Below are positions 20,946 to 30,711 of a stretch of DNA of 64,000 bases, piece by piece. This DNA comes from a virus. How positions within the stretch are numbered: the stretch's first letter is position 1; each line of letters starts with the position of its first letter. The notes under the pieces were generated by a model, which was not told the origin of the DNA, made no database searches, and saw only the letters and a program-made list of their open reading frames with translations. The position numbers and the translations under genes were made by a program. Location: the IMG/VR virus record IMGVR_UViG_3300035698_011651, positions 2,749-66,748 of that record, one strand, 5' to 3'.

Positions 20946-21392
20946 TTAATCTTTTTTTATATACTTGCAGGCTGTTTCTACCCCAAAGCCAACTACCAAG
21001 TCCAGAATCTTCATCTCGATCCTAGTTTCCCAGGGCTCAGGAATAAATGGAATATTGATTCGATTCTTGTCTCCGGCCACGCCCTTATCAATAAGGCGGT
21101 AAACTTCCTTCGCCATACTGACAACAAATACCTTCTTGTCGGTCCCATCAACCTTGCTGCTTTCAGCTATGGCCATCAAGGCCCCTACCGCCTTACCAAA
21201 GATTTTAGGAAGGTCTGACAGCTGAAGGCCGTCCTTCGTCTCATCTTCAACGGTCTGCGCTAGGGCAGTAAACGCTACGAACCTGTTGTAATCCTCAGGG
21301 CCTACTGAGGCGTCGGCTATACCGATCTTCGATAGGATATCATATTTTCCTATCATTTTCTTAACAAATTCTACTACAGTGTTGTCTGCCAT
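20946..21392 (-). CDS. hypothetical phage protein (mirror of 39861..40307)
   Basis: Identical mirror ORF. Confidence 0.7.
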   Translation of the reverse strand: MADNTVVEFVKKMIGKYDILSKIGIADASVGPEDYNRFVAFTALAQTVEDETKDGLQLSDLPKIFGKAVGALMAIAESSKVDGTDKKVFVVSMAKEVYRLIDKGVAGDKNRINIPFIPEPWETRIEMKILDLVVGFGVETACKYIKKD

Positions 21393-21438
21393 AATCTCTC
21401 CTACTAAACAGAAATAATACCTAGATACTGACAGTATA

Positions 21439-21966
21439 TTAAACCGCGGTAGCTGTGTCAACTTCTAAAGAATCTGACCACTCATCTATTTCTGCTCGAT
21501 TACCATCATATTTAGCGCGGACGGTCTGCATCATAAGTATCCTGTCCAAAGCCTTCAACCTTGATCTGGACGTTTCATCCCCTCTGGCTGCTATTGTACC
21601 AGCCAATATATCATAATGATACTGTGTGACGTGTAACTGCCTAAAACAGATAGGACGCTGGCCACGGCTACATAAAGACGAATCCATTAAGAAGCACGAT
21701 TGACCGTCCTTGTGCCTAGATGACGCCGCCATAGCCTTTGAACTTGCCCACACAGTGTGGCCCCCGATAAACGATGGATCAGCAAGCACCTTGGCCCTGC
21801 GACTTATCGTTTTCAGCCATCTATGCTCTCCGCGTACCACTAAATACGCCATACTTTTGCCGTACTTACGGATAGGCCCAGTATGCATTACTAAACCTAT
21901 AACTACGCGTTTATTAGGTGATGTTACCGAAACTCTAGAGCCTAGCCTTACCTTCTCGGTGCGCAT
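21439..21966 (-). CDS. hypothetical protein (mirror of 39287..39814)
   Basis: Identical mirror ORF. Confidence 0.7.
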   Translation of the reverse strand: MRTEKVRLGSRVSVTSPNKRVVIGLVMHTGPIRKYGKSMAYLVVRGEHRWLKTISRRAKVLADPSFIGGHTVWASSKAMAASSRHKDGQSCFLMDSSLCSRGQRPICFRQLHVTQYHYDILAGTIAARGDETSRSRLKALDRILMMQTVRAKYDGNRAEIDEWSDSLEVDTATAV

Positions 21967-21991
21967 CTCGACTCCTACATAGTAGAAGGTC

Positions 21992-22177
21992 TCATGTGTA
22001 TTGCCCCTTTAACATCTCTATAATCTTATTTTTCCACTTATTCAGTTTTAATGCTCTTTTCAGCAACTTCTCCGTCTCCAGACACTTGTCGCATATCGGG
22101 AGCTGTGTACCGTTCGTCGGTACTTCCACCCCGCACAGGTAGCACGCCTCCTCTGGTATCTGATTTGATGCACTCAT
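21992..22177 (-). CDS. small Zn-finger protein (mirror of 39076..39261)
   Basis: Two CxxC pairs. Confidence 0.6.
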   Translation of the reverse strand: MSASNQIPEEACYLCGVEVPTNGTQLPICDKCLETEKLLKRALKLNKWKNKIIEMLKGQYT

Positions 22178-22319
22178 TATTATTACCTTCCTTAGAGCTA
22201 TCACTAATATCCTGGCGCTTAGCATTATCTATAGCCATTAACGTGCTAAACAATAAAATGCAGCCACTAGAACATAGACAAAACACCCCAAGTATACTAC
22301 ATAACAACATAGTCCGCAT
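22038..22319 (-). CDS. putative lipoprotein (mirror of 38934..39215)
   Basis: Identical mirror ORF. Confidence 0.5.
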   Translation of the reverse strand: MRTMLLCSILGVFCLCSSGCILLFSTLMAIDNAKRQDISDSSKEGNNNECIKSDTRGGVLPVRGGSTDERYTAPDMRQVSGDGEVAEKSIKTE

Positions 22320-22327
22320 TAATACTC

Positions 22328-23371
22328 CTACAAAAAGTTTATATGAGTTGGCTGGCCTTGCATAACCTTCAGCATCTCATTTATCCCATCACACCTGCAC
22401 AGCGGTGGACAGTCCTTTGAAACATCTAAATTAGATATTACATACCGCCTACGTTCCCCGTTCCATATGTCTTTGAAAGTAGTATCTTTAATATTACCCA
22501 AGACAAACTTATCTTTTCCACGCAGAACGCAGCACAAAGCAACATCACCAGTTGCCGTTATAACCGCGCAGAACTGCTGCCCGTGACATACTGTATAACC
22601 CCTGCGTATGTCGCCAGACGCTATTTTATCAAACTTCGGCCCGCTATGAAGTGTGTTAAATTTATCAGTCTGTAGCTTCCTGGCAGTCTCAAACAAATAA
22701 CTATATTTTTCAATGTTTATAGACTCCGGACCATCAAACCATCCTCCTATGTAGTAAGGCCTATATTGTAAATAATCTACCTCCAACGAGTTACACAGCT
22801 TAGCAGCTTCAATCATCTCATCTAGCACATCGTTATCTACAAGAAATCCAACGCCAATAGTGCATTTAGACTCCTGAGACTTCTTAGCCCCGACAAGACG
22901 TCCAATATTAGCAACAACACTATTAAATTCTTCTTCAGATCCTCCGTGACTGTGTTTATAGCCGGAAGGGCCCCCGGCATCTAAGCTCACACGCACCCAA
23001 GTGCAGTATCTAGCAACGGCGTGAACCTGGTCGTCAGACATAAATACTCCATTAGTGATCAAAGAACAATCCATATCCTTACTGCGCACATAAGCCATGA
23101 GTGTATGAAGATCTTCATGTAAAGTAGGCTCCCCGCCACCAGTGAATATTACAGCGCGGGCGCCGTTCTCTGCCAAATCGTCAATAACCCCTCTGACTGT
23201 CTCTGAATCCAACTTGCCGCGCCGCTCTCCGCCGGCACATCTCGGGCAGTGACTATTGCAAGCCCCGGTAAGGTCTACCTCCACGGTTACAGGGTATGCG
23301 TTCTCTCCCTGCTGCCATGCGCGCACCTTATCACCGTGCCACAATAGTTTGTCGACTACAAAGATATCCAT
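22328..23371 (-). CDS. radical SAM/SPASM-domain protein (mirror of 37882..38925)
   Basis: CNSHCPRC and GGGEP motifs. Confidence 0.92.
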   Translation of the reverse strand: MDIFVVDKLLWHGDKVRAWQQGENAYPVTVEVDLTGACNSHCPRCAGGERRGKLDSETVRGVIDDLAENGARAVIFTGGGEPTLHEDLHTLMAYVRSKDMDCSLITNGVFMSDDQVHAVARYCTWVRVSLDAGGPSGYKHSHGGSEEEFNSVVANIGRLVGAKKSQESKCTIGVGFLVDNDVLDEMIEAAKLCNSLEVDYLQYRPYYIGGWFDGPESINIEKYSYLFETARKLQTDKFNTLHSGPKFDKIASGDIRRGYTVCHGQQFCAVITATGDVALCCVLRGKDKFVLGNIKDTTFKDIWNGERRRYVISNLDVSKDCPPLCRCDGINEMLKVMQGQPTHINFL

Positions 23372-23382
23372 ACAATCTCCTG

Positions 23383-24318
23383 CTAATTGAAGTACCTCTG
23401 AAAGATACCGGTCCACGTCTCCGCAGCCGCCGTCATTCCATATTTGCATTCTTTTACATATGTACGAACACATTCTTTATGAGTTCCTGTAGCCCACCTA
23501 CCTGAACACACGAACGCCTTATCAATCGCGCCACGTATTGATTCATTTCCACAGGCAGCATCATAAAAGAATACCCCACCTGTACCAACTGAAAGTTCAC
23601 GTACCTCCGGGTTGTCCTCTGTTACTACTGGTATTCCCATATGCAGCGCCAAGGATGTTCTATTACAACTCTTATATCGAGCCTCTTCACTTGTTCGATA
23701 CAATACAAGCGCCACAGCTGCATCCATAAGACTACTCGCTAACGTATCCCAAGTCCACGATCTTATTTCTAGCTGATCTCTAAAAATAGGTCTAAGCTCG
23801 CGTTCTGCCAAATCCTGGTACTTCTTTTCAGGGTTAGTAACTATTACAACCTTATCTGCCCCCTCAAGGACACTATGTAACCCCTTAACACGTAACACAT
23901 TATAATAAGTCCCGGGCACTACAACAGTCCTGGCCGCTGGGGCTGCCAGCGGCCAGTCCATTGAATACTCATGTACATCTGGAGCTGTGTGTATTGGCTT
24001 CACTAAATGCTTACTGCGTATATAGTTACGCATAGTCTCAGTTGGTACTGTTACTACGTCTGTGTCCAAAAGCGCCTTGGTCTCCCCGGGTGTGCGCTCT
24101 TTAAAGTTGCAAGTATCTACTATGCACTTAGCTCCAGCAGCCTTTATCCTACGAATTAGCCGGCAGTCAAAAACTTTCTGAAGCAATACGGCATCATATT
24201 GTACACCCTCTTTGTACAACGAGCAGAACGATATATTCCTGATTAACGCATACGCCCTAGAGCCGGCGCTGTAAGAGTATTCAGCGCCCCGTATGCTTGG
24301 TACTATCCCTATGTGCAC
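23383..24318 (-). CDS. GT-B glycosyltransferase-like protein (mirror of 36935..37870)
   Basis: Identical mirror ORF. Confidence 0.65.
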   Translation of the reverse strand: MHIGIVPSIRGAEYSYSAGSRAYALIRNISFCSLYKEGVQYDAVLLQKVFDCRLIRRIKAAGAKCIVDTCNFKERTPGETKALLDTDVVTVPTETMRNYIRSKHLVKPIHTAPDVHEYSMDWPLAAPAARTVVVPGTYYNVLRVKGLHSVLEGADKVVIVTNPEKKYQDLAERELRPIFRDQLEIRSWTWDTLASSLMDAAVALVLYRTSEEARYKSCNRTSLALHMGIPVVTEDNPEVRELSVGTGGVFFYDAACGNESIRGAIDKAFVCSGRWATGTHKECVRTYVKECKYGMTAAAETWTGIFQRYFN

Positions 24319-24790
24319 GTTTAGTCTCCGCTGGATCATGATACTGACATACTTTGACGTGCCCCCTAAACTCCAGGCTGCTAATGTCCATTTCATCGCT
24401 TGCTGTAGACAGCTCTATCCATCCCCAATCAGAACTGGCCTTGTTGATAATAGTCTTGCCATCCTCTGATAACCTAGTAAGGATAGGCTTCTCAAAACAT
24501 AACGGACCGATACCTTTACGGTACGCCTTCTCAGCCACAAGCACCGATGTTAAACGTGACTCCTTAAACACAGGTATGGTTATATTATAGAACTCCCCGG
24601 AATACTTTTTAAGGTCTGTAGGCGGTCCAGCAGCGGCAGCTAGATCAGCTGTCCCGCCATGATCAGCCATCTCAACGATAGGTCCGCTAATGAACTTGTG
24701 TATACGCTTGCCAAAAATCAACCCAAAGCTGCAGCCAAACACAAACACACAAAACAATATACCATAACGTAGTGACATACTATTAGACAT
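24281..24790 (-). CDS. LptC-like membrane-anchored protein (mirror of 36463..36972)
   Basis: Identical mirror ORF. Confidence 0.5.
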   Translation of the reverse strand: MSNSMSLRYGILFCVFVFGCSFGLIFGKRIHKFISGPIVEMADHGGTADLAAAAGPPTDLKKYSGEFYNITIPVFKESRLTSVLVAEKAYRKGIGPLCFEKPILTRLSEDGKTIINKASSDWGWIELSTASDEMDISSLEFRGHVKVCQYHDPAETKRAHRDSTKHTGR

Positions 24791-24847
24791 GAGCTCCTCC
24801 TACAATAAAAATTGTAAGAGGAGTCTCTCTACAAATCAACAACAAAA

Positions 24848-25609
24848 TTATGCTGCTTCTTGCAGCAACAATGAACGCATGCCATTCATGCCATCCATTT
24901 GACGGTTGGGGCTAAGCCTGGGGCGCTCACTACCTTCTGCACCTATAGGAGCAGACATAACTTGAGTATACGCATTATACAAGCTCCACGCATTCTGCCC
25001 TTCAAACTCCTTAAATGAAGGTTGACTATATTCTTTGTCAACCAAACCTACGTGTCCCCACGCCATCATACCGCGCCTGGCTGCTTCCATAAGAAGATGA
25101 TCCTTACGTCTGCTAGAAAGAAACATACCCTTCATAGCGTCCACAGTACCAGACACGTTACGGATATCGCCGAGCCATCGCTCAACCCCGTTATTAACAG
25201 CACTATTAACATCCAGGTTGAGTGTATGCTTCTTACTAAGCACAAACTCCCCGGTTATTACACCGTTGGAACACACCATAACAGTACCGCCCACAGCCAT
25301 CTTAATGGCGTAACGCTGCGCATTAGAGCTGCGTATCCCCAAAGCATACTTCATACCCTCTGGCTCCGGAATACCATAGCGGTCAGGAAGAGTGACGTCA
25401 AAGCCGCCAAACAGGTCCTGTCTATCATTACTTAAAGACCATACCGACCTAGCCACCTGTATATCCCTGCTACCCAAAGCACCCTCCACAGACCGTGCCA
25501 AAGTATGATGATCTACACCCTTCCATCTTGGACCAGCACTCTTCGGCCCAGTAATCTCTATGCCCTCAAGATCCTCGATTGTTAAATTACCACCACATAC
25601 ATTTATCAT
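24848..25609 (-). CDS. DUF932-family protein (mirror of 35644..36405)
   Basis: VCSNG..KKHT motif. Confidence 0.75.
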   Translation of the reverse strand: MINVCGGNLTIEDLEGIEITGPKSAGPRWKGVDHHTLARSVEGALGSRDIQVARSVWSLSNDRQDLFGGFDVTLPDRYGIPEPEGMKYALGIRSSNAQRYAIKMAVGGTVMVCSNGVITGEFVLSKKHTLNLDVNSAVNNGVERWLGDIRNVSGTVDAMKGMFLSSRRKDHLLMEAARRGMMAWGHVGLVDKEYSQPSFKEFEGQNAWSLYNAYTQVMSAPIGAEGSERPRLSPNRQMDGMNGMRSLLLQEAA

Positions 25610-26718
25610 CGCTTCTTACCACCTTTCTTTATGAAAGCATGCTCACCTTCAAGCCATTTACCAAACCACTTAAACGCTTCAATATCCTGTAAACTTACTT
25701 TAGAGTCATCTTTGTCTGTATTATAACTTATAACAAACGGCACGCCGTTACTTCCAGCCTTAAGATACAACTTCCTATCCATAGCCAATGTACATATGGA
25801 CTTGCGTACCGTAGCCATGGCCTTGCCCCCGCCATAACACACTTTACGTGACCAATAATTATTACGTATTTTACTGCGCCCGCCGCCAATCTCCCTAAGT
25901 ATTTTCAAAGTATCCTGCAAAGTTGAAACATACTGACCCTCATCCATATGATAACTAATAGTAGAATCACGCCAATGAGCTCGCAATATAAACGTTGGAA
26001 TAATCTCTGATATAGTCAGACGGACGTACTGCAGTATCGCTGCAATCTTATCGATTCTATTAGCCGAAGCAGCTTTCGACGCTGTTACAACAGCCTCCCA
26101 CCTCAACCGTTTACGGTCAGACTCCTTCTGCGCCTCCAGCTTAATGCGTTTCTTCTCTAACAAATTACTAACTTTAGTATTTAAAGACTTTGCAAGCCTG
26201 GCATTCACTAACACTAGCCCCATATCCTTTAAAGCCCTCGGGGGCCTAAACGTAATATCCTTAGCAACAGAAGCCGAACACTCCCAATCAGCTATCCACC
26301 CGTTCACACCAGATAAATGTTTATACATATCCCTAGTGATATTTACCTTACCAAGCTGGCGTACGGTATTTAACAGCGCATCATACTCCGCTTCCGGCTC
26401 AGTACCACCGCCGACAAATGTAGGAAGCTTCGACACTAAAATACAGTTTATCCTGCTATTATACTTACGCCCCTCGTGGCGCGTGTAACCATGCGGTATG
26501 TAAGTACAGTAGTCAGGGGCTGAGTACCTAGCTTCCAGCTCGCCTAAAATATCCTCATGTGTATCCCCTATCATCACCTCATTATCAATATTAGAGATCT
26601 CTTCCATACTGTTAGTCATCTTCCATGCTTCACGGTATGTAGTCCTAACCCATTTATCCCACTTATCGGGTTCTTCCTGTATATCTATACGCACAGCGCC
26701 TTTACAAAAATTGTCCAT
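25606..26718 (-). CDS. hypothetical protein (mirror of 34535..35647)
   Basis: Identical mirror ORF. Confidence 0.75.
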   Translation of the reverse strand: MDNFCKGAVRIDIQEEPDKWDKWVRTTYREAWKMTNSMEEISNIDNEVMIGDTHEDILGELEARYSAPDYCTYIPHGYTRHEGRKYNSRINCILVSKLPTFVGGGTEPEAEYDALLNTVRQLGKVNITRDMYKHLSGVNGWIADWECSASVAKDITFRPPRALKDMGLVLVNARLAKSLNTKVSNLLEKKRIKLEAQKESDRKRLRWEAVVTASKAASANRIDKIAAILQYVRLTISEIIPTFILRAHWRDSTISYHMDEGQYVSTLQDTLKILREIGGGRSKIRNNYWSRKVCYGGGKAMATVRKSICTLAMDRKLYLKAGSNGVPFVISYNTDKDDSKVSLQDIEAFKWFGKWLEGEHAFIKKGGKKR

Positions 26719-26729
26719 CAATCCTCCAT

Positions 26730-26756
26730 AAAAATAGGCGCCCCGAAGGGCGCCTA
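26730..26756 (-). terminator. intrinsic terminator (mirror of 34497..34523)
   Basis: 9-bp stem, TTCG loop, U-tract. Confidence 0.8.
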
Positions 26757-26777
26757 ATTATTCCATTTACTCCAACA

Positions 26778-27554
26778 CTACTTCTTAGGCGCTGGAAGAT
26801 ACTTCTTATTCGGCTTAGGCAGTGGACGATACTGCACCTCCTGCAGCGACTCCATAAGACCCTGACTGCATTCACTCTGGGACATTATCTTGGCAGAAAG
26901 GCTTCCACGCAACCTGCGCTCATACGCACCAAGATTTTGTTTACGGCGACGCAATTCCCGTATGCCCTTCTCCAAATCGGTACGCTCCTTAGCTACAGCG
27001 ATTACAGCCTGCTGCGCTTTACGGATGGCATCGCTAGGATTAACTGTACAGACGATTTCAGTCCGTGAATGATAACCATTTTCACCAAATGCTATCTTAA
27101 ACCTAAATACGTCATCGAACGTAACATCGGAAGGCTTAAACTGCGGAATCTCCATACTTTTTAGCTTGATAGTATCCACTCCCTTAATTCTGTACAGCTG
27201 AGCTGCAATACGCTTGGCGTCCTTAACTGCAGCGACGGCTTTCTTGTTGACAACCTTCTTCTGGAAAGAAGCGATAGTGGATTCCACAGTCTTCTTTACC
27301 TTAGCCGCAGCCTCGTCACAGGATTCCAGTGCCCTATCATATTCTCCGAGAGACTCCTCAAGCTGGCCCTCAAGAGCAGAAACCAGAACGTTAATACCAT
27401 GTTCGCCCAGCCGTTCACTCTGTTCCACTGCAAGCTCTGCAGTAACTATAGAGGCGTTAGCCTTAACAAGACCTCGTTCCTCAATAATACCTTCAACAAC
27501 ACTGTCAGCTAGCTTATCTTTGGCCTTCGCACTTACTGCTTCTTTATTACTCAT
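26778..27554 (-). CDS. coiled-coil protein (mirror of 33699..34475)
   Basis: Identical mirror ORF. Confidence 0.75.
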   Translation of the reverse strand: MSNKEAVSAKAKDKLADSVVEGIIEERGLVKANASIVTAELAVEQSERLGEHGINVLVSALEGQLEESLGEYDRALESCDEAAAKVKKTVESTIASFQKKVVNKKAVAAVKDAKRIAAQLYRIKGVDTIKLKSMEIPQFKPSDVTFDDVFRFKIAFGENGYHSRTEIVCTVNPSDAIRKAQQAVIAVAKERTDLEKGIRELRRRKQNLGAYERRLRGSLSAKIMSQSECSQGLMESLQEVQYRPLPKPNKKYLPAPKK

Positions 27555-28110
27555 TGATCATTTCTCCTCTGAGACTTACACACCGTATTCCAAGCTCACG
27601 GTTGAGAACCTCGTCGATTCCGGTGGATACCGCCCCCACGGGCGATGTAGTTCCACATTTCTTACAAAATACTTCAGATACTGCTTTCACCCAACTACGC
27701 ATTAACTTGCCAGTAGACCTATCTACCATCCAGATAGCCTCTCCCATCTCAGTGGAGAAACCTTCTTTACTGACAATAAACACTTTGCCGTCTGTTGGCT
27801 CTATGGCAAAGCACCGAGGACATATAAGACTGCCCTTATGGACTATAATGGTGCTGATAGTCTCCGTTCCCCTACAAACTTGCAAATTCACCCCCGCAGA
27901 CTGCTTCGCTATACCAAAGGTGAGCGCAGCATACAAACACTGCCTACCCGCAAGCTCGGCCGCGCACGGAGTAGAAAAGTCATAATGGTCTGGGAATGGG
28001 GCACCATTGTCCATCTCGCCGACACTGCCTGCAAGATAGTCCATGGTTTGTGGCACTCTACCGAGAAGCTCATCGATAGTAAACGGCTGCATCTTAAAAT
28101 AGAACGACAT
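27547..28110 (-). CDS. Zn-binding hypothetical protein (mirror of 33143..33706)
   Basis: Identical mirror ORF. Confidence 0.7.
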   Translation of the reverse strand: MSFYFKMQPFTIDELLGRVPQTMDYLAGSVGEMDNGAPFPDHYDFSTPCAAELAGRQCLYAALTFGIAKQSAGVNLQVCRGTETISTIIVHKGSLICPRCFAIEPTDGKVFIVSKEGFSTEMGEAIWMVDRSTGKLMRSWVKAVSEVFCKKCGTTSPVGAVSTGIDEVLNRELGIRCVSLRGEMINE

Positions 28111-28136
28111 TGGCTCCTCCAATGCTGCCTATATCA

Positions 28137-28283
28137 CTAGTCAGTGTCTATTCGTTCACTCTCTAATGAAATATTTCCACACTCGGAACAACGCAGCCAG
28201 GTATACATCTTATTCCCCTCCGTGGCCTTGTGTAATTCTTGCTGGTTGTCTTCTTCACGACAACACTCGTTGTCAATAATCAC
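28137..28283 (-). CDS. 48-aa Zn-ribbon-like protein (mirror of 32970..33116)
   Basis: Mirror of a manually translated ORF. Confidence 0.5.
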   Translation of the reverse strand: MIIDNECCREEDNQQELHKATEGNKMYTWLRCSECGNISLESERIDTD

Positions 28284-28768
28284 AGAATCATCTCCTCTAC
28301 ATAGTCGTCGTCACACGTCTTTTTATGACATTTACCAAAATCGTAATCAGCATCATAGACTTTCCATGGGCCATAATCCAGTAACTCCCCTGCACATTCT
28401 ACTAATAAATGGCCGTTATCACTAAATCTATGTGGAAGCTTTGATCCCTCTACGCTATATACCGCACATAAACTCACCTCACATAGCATAAGCCTTAACG
28501 GCTTCCCTATGGATGTTATAACTGACAACATCCTGCCGTCACTGCCCGCAAGAAAACAAGCCCTACGCCCACAGCCAAGCATCCGCTCAGCTCTGGTACG
28601 GTGAGCTGGGAGTAACTCAATACATAGGTGTTTATCACGTAAACCTTCAAGCATTAGCCTTAAAATCTCCACATGGCGTACTGCTTTATCATTCTCAAGC
28701 ATTAAATGCATGATAATCAAAAGCAGTACGCACAGGAACAACGGTGATATGGCCTCGACTATGCTCAA
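28280..28768 (-). CDS. membrane-anchored hypothetical protein (mirror of 32485..32973)
   Basis: Identical mirror ORF. Confidence 0.65.
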   Translation of the reverse strand: MSIVEAISPLFLCVLLLIIMHLMLENDKAVRHVEILRLMLEGLRDKHLCIELLPAHRTRAERMLGCGRRACFLAGSDGRMLSVITSIGKPLRLMLCEVSLCAVYSVEGSKLPHRFSDNGHLLVECAGELLDYGPWKVYDADYDFGKCHKKTCDDDYVEEMIL

Positions 28769-28771
28769 GAG

Positions 28772-29608
28772 CTATCCTTTACTCTTCTTGCCTTTGAGAG
28801 CCTTCTCTGCCTTATCAATTTTCCCCTCGGCTGCCTTCAACTCTTTTAGCAGTACATCGATAACCTTAGCATTCTCTGCTGCCAACTCAAGCGCTTCTTT
28901 TACCGCACTCTTATGCAAAACAATGCCTTCATTATCACACTTTTGAAGAAGCTTTATGCCGATAGTAGCCATGCCGATAGACTCAGAGTAATCCTTTGTC
29001 TTGGCCATAAACAACTGCAAGCCCTTAGCTGGGTCCTCTGCTTGCTTATCCCTAGCTTTACGCTTTGCACTGCGCGTACTCTTGGCCCTCTTGGTAAGGA
29101 ACCCTGGCTTCTGCGTGGATTCCTCTTCAATAGCAGTAATTAATCCAGCCACAGTAAGCTTCTCTGACACCACCCTGTTGGCCATGTCTTTGCGGTCCTC
29201 GTTACTACGCACAGCCACAAGCCTAACAATATGAGACAGCGTTAGACCTCGATTAATTAGCTTTCCGAACTCGCCTTTGGTCCAGGCCCGAACAATGAGT
29301 AAAGTGTTATAGATATAGGTGACATTAGTATTGCAGTCCCCAGCAAAACGCTTTATATTACGTTCATCATTCTGATCCGCAAACAGCCTCTTAGCATATA
29401 AACCTACGTCATACAACTTAGGTAATGCCTCCTTGTTGGCTTTATCAGAGATAGCCATATACTCACGCATTACTAATCGCGCGCCTTCTACACAGGCTTT
29501 GTACTCCTTCTCATCCATATTCTTAGGAACAAGAAGCTTACTTCCTCCGGCCGTCGTCGTGGCTGCAGCCGCTTGACGTACCAGATTATCATTTTCTTTT
29601 TCCATCAT
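28772..29608 (-). CDS. helical DNA-binding-like protein (mirror of 31645..32481)
   Basis: Identical mirror ORF. Confidence 0.6.
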   Translation of the reverse strand: MMEKENDNLVRQAAAATTTAGGSKLLVPKNMDEKEYKACVEGARLVMREYMAISDKANKEALPKLYDVGLYAKRLFADQNDERNIKRFAGDCNTNVTYIYNTLLIVRAWTKGEFGKLINRGLTLSHIVRLVAVRSNEDRKDMANRVVSEKLTVAGLITAIEEESTQKPGFLTKRAKSTRSAKRKARDKQAEDPAKGLQLFMAKTKDYSESIGMATIGIKLLQKCDNEGIVLHKSAVKEALELAAENAKVIDVLLKELKAAEGKIDKAEKALKGKKSKG

Positions 29609-30541
29609 TTACCTCCCTATATTAATACAATCTTTTACGGACAGCATCCCATTCAGCTGATCCTGTATAATCACTGTTTCATTGATAATACTTTCACACT
29701 GCTCCAGCAAATCTCCAATCTCAGATACTGGTAATTGCCCGCTTGTAGCCTTCTTAACCGCGTACAGCTTAGACCTCACACCGTCAATCATGACGTTATA
29801 AGAACTAGGTATCAACGAAGGCCGTGGGTTATCAATAGCTTCCTTGGACTCCTCATCCAAAGGCTTCATCGGGAAAGCATAACTACCTGAACATACCTTC
29901 AGTTTGTCAGGAGTGGAGGGCTTAGACATCTCAGCTTCAAAGCTACTGGCGTTATCAACCATTTTATCTTCATGCCACCCCAAGCCTCGGTTCAGATCCT
30001 CCCAGGCAATCTCCTTCTCAGAACTGGAATAATTTATTTTATACCAATTCCTGACATACAGCTGATATTGCGCCCTGATCAAAGGATCACACTTGGATAA
30101 CGGTATATGATGTATGACCGTACTCTCCCTGTGCTGATAGTCCATCGTGGCAAACACCCAATACGTGTGTAATGTCTTACCACAGAAAGTCCTGCCCTCA
30201 TCCCTTTCAGACACCAACGCCAGAGCATCAATACATCTGGAATGGTCCTGCGGAGTCCAGCAACCTGATAGCAGCTTATCGACTTGGCCACACACTGACA
30301 AACCAAATACGTATCGTTGCTCCCTTGCCGTGGCAAAATCAGCTAATACTTTACTGGGCTTACCACCGGTAGTAGCAATCATCTGTGACACTTCGGATAT
30401 CTTAAGGTTATCCCAGTTTAACCTGAGCTGATCAACACACCGCTTAACATCCAACTCATAGAACGTAGCTACAGCCGTCTGCGACGTCCAGGTTGGCGGT
30501 ACCCACCTGTATTTCCTCTGTTTAATTAGCTCATTCGCCAT
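29609..30541 (-). CDS. axis-proximal hypothetical protein (mirror of 30712..31644)
   Basis: Identical mirror ORF. Confidence 0.7.
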   Translation of the reverse strand: MANELIKQRKYRWVPPTWTSQTAVATFYELDVKRCVDQLRLNWDNLKISEVSQMIATTGGKPSKVLADFATAREQRYVFGLSVCGQVDKLLSGCWTPQDHSRCIDALALVSERDEGRTFCGKTLHTYWVFATMDYQHRESTVIHHIPLSKCDPLIRAQYQLYVRNWYKINYSSSEKEIAWEDLNRGLGWHEDKMVDNASSFEAEMSKPSTPDKLKVCSGSYAFPMKPLDEESKEAIDNPRPSLIPSSYNVMIDGVRSKLYAVKKATSGQLPVSEIGDLLEQCESIINETVIIQDQLNGMLSVKDCINIGR

Positions 30542-30607
30542 CAGGTATTTCCCCCCTGAACCGTCTACACTTAAACCTATTATAAATGGGCCTAAGAGTA
30601 TCAACAA

Positions 30608-30645
30608 GCTCCTGTCGCTCTTTAATATTAAAGAGCGACAGGAGC
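30608..30645. other. Palindrome axis, candidate hairpin telomere tip
   Basis: gctcctgtcgctcTTTAAT|ATTAAAgagcgacaggagc: AT-rich core, zero spacer, intergenic, just upstream of a promoter. Confidence 0.5.
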
Positions 30646-30674
30646 TTGTTGATACTCTTAGGCCCATTTATAAT
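30646..30674 (+). promoter_or_regulatory. sigma70-like promoter (mirror 30579..30607)
   Basis: TTGTTG-17bp-TATAAT, upstream of a G-rich RBS and ATG 30712. Confidence 0.55.
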
Positions 30675-30711
30675 AGGTTTAAGTGTAGACGGTTCAGGGG
30701 GGAAATACCTG

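Noticed and set aside
1-30626. Left-arm genes as independent paralogs or a true 30-kb duplication
   Set aside because: The arms show no divergence and no spacer, and such a palindrome would be unstable as duplex DNA. They are best read as one sequence seen twice.
30586-30711. 42-aa N-terminal extension crossing the axis in the ORF track
   Set aside because: It exists only because the palindrome is unfolded; the promoter and RBS point to ATG 30712.
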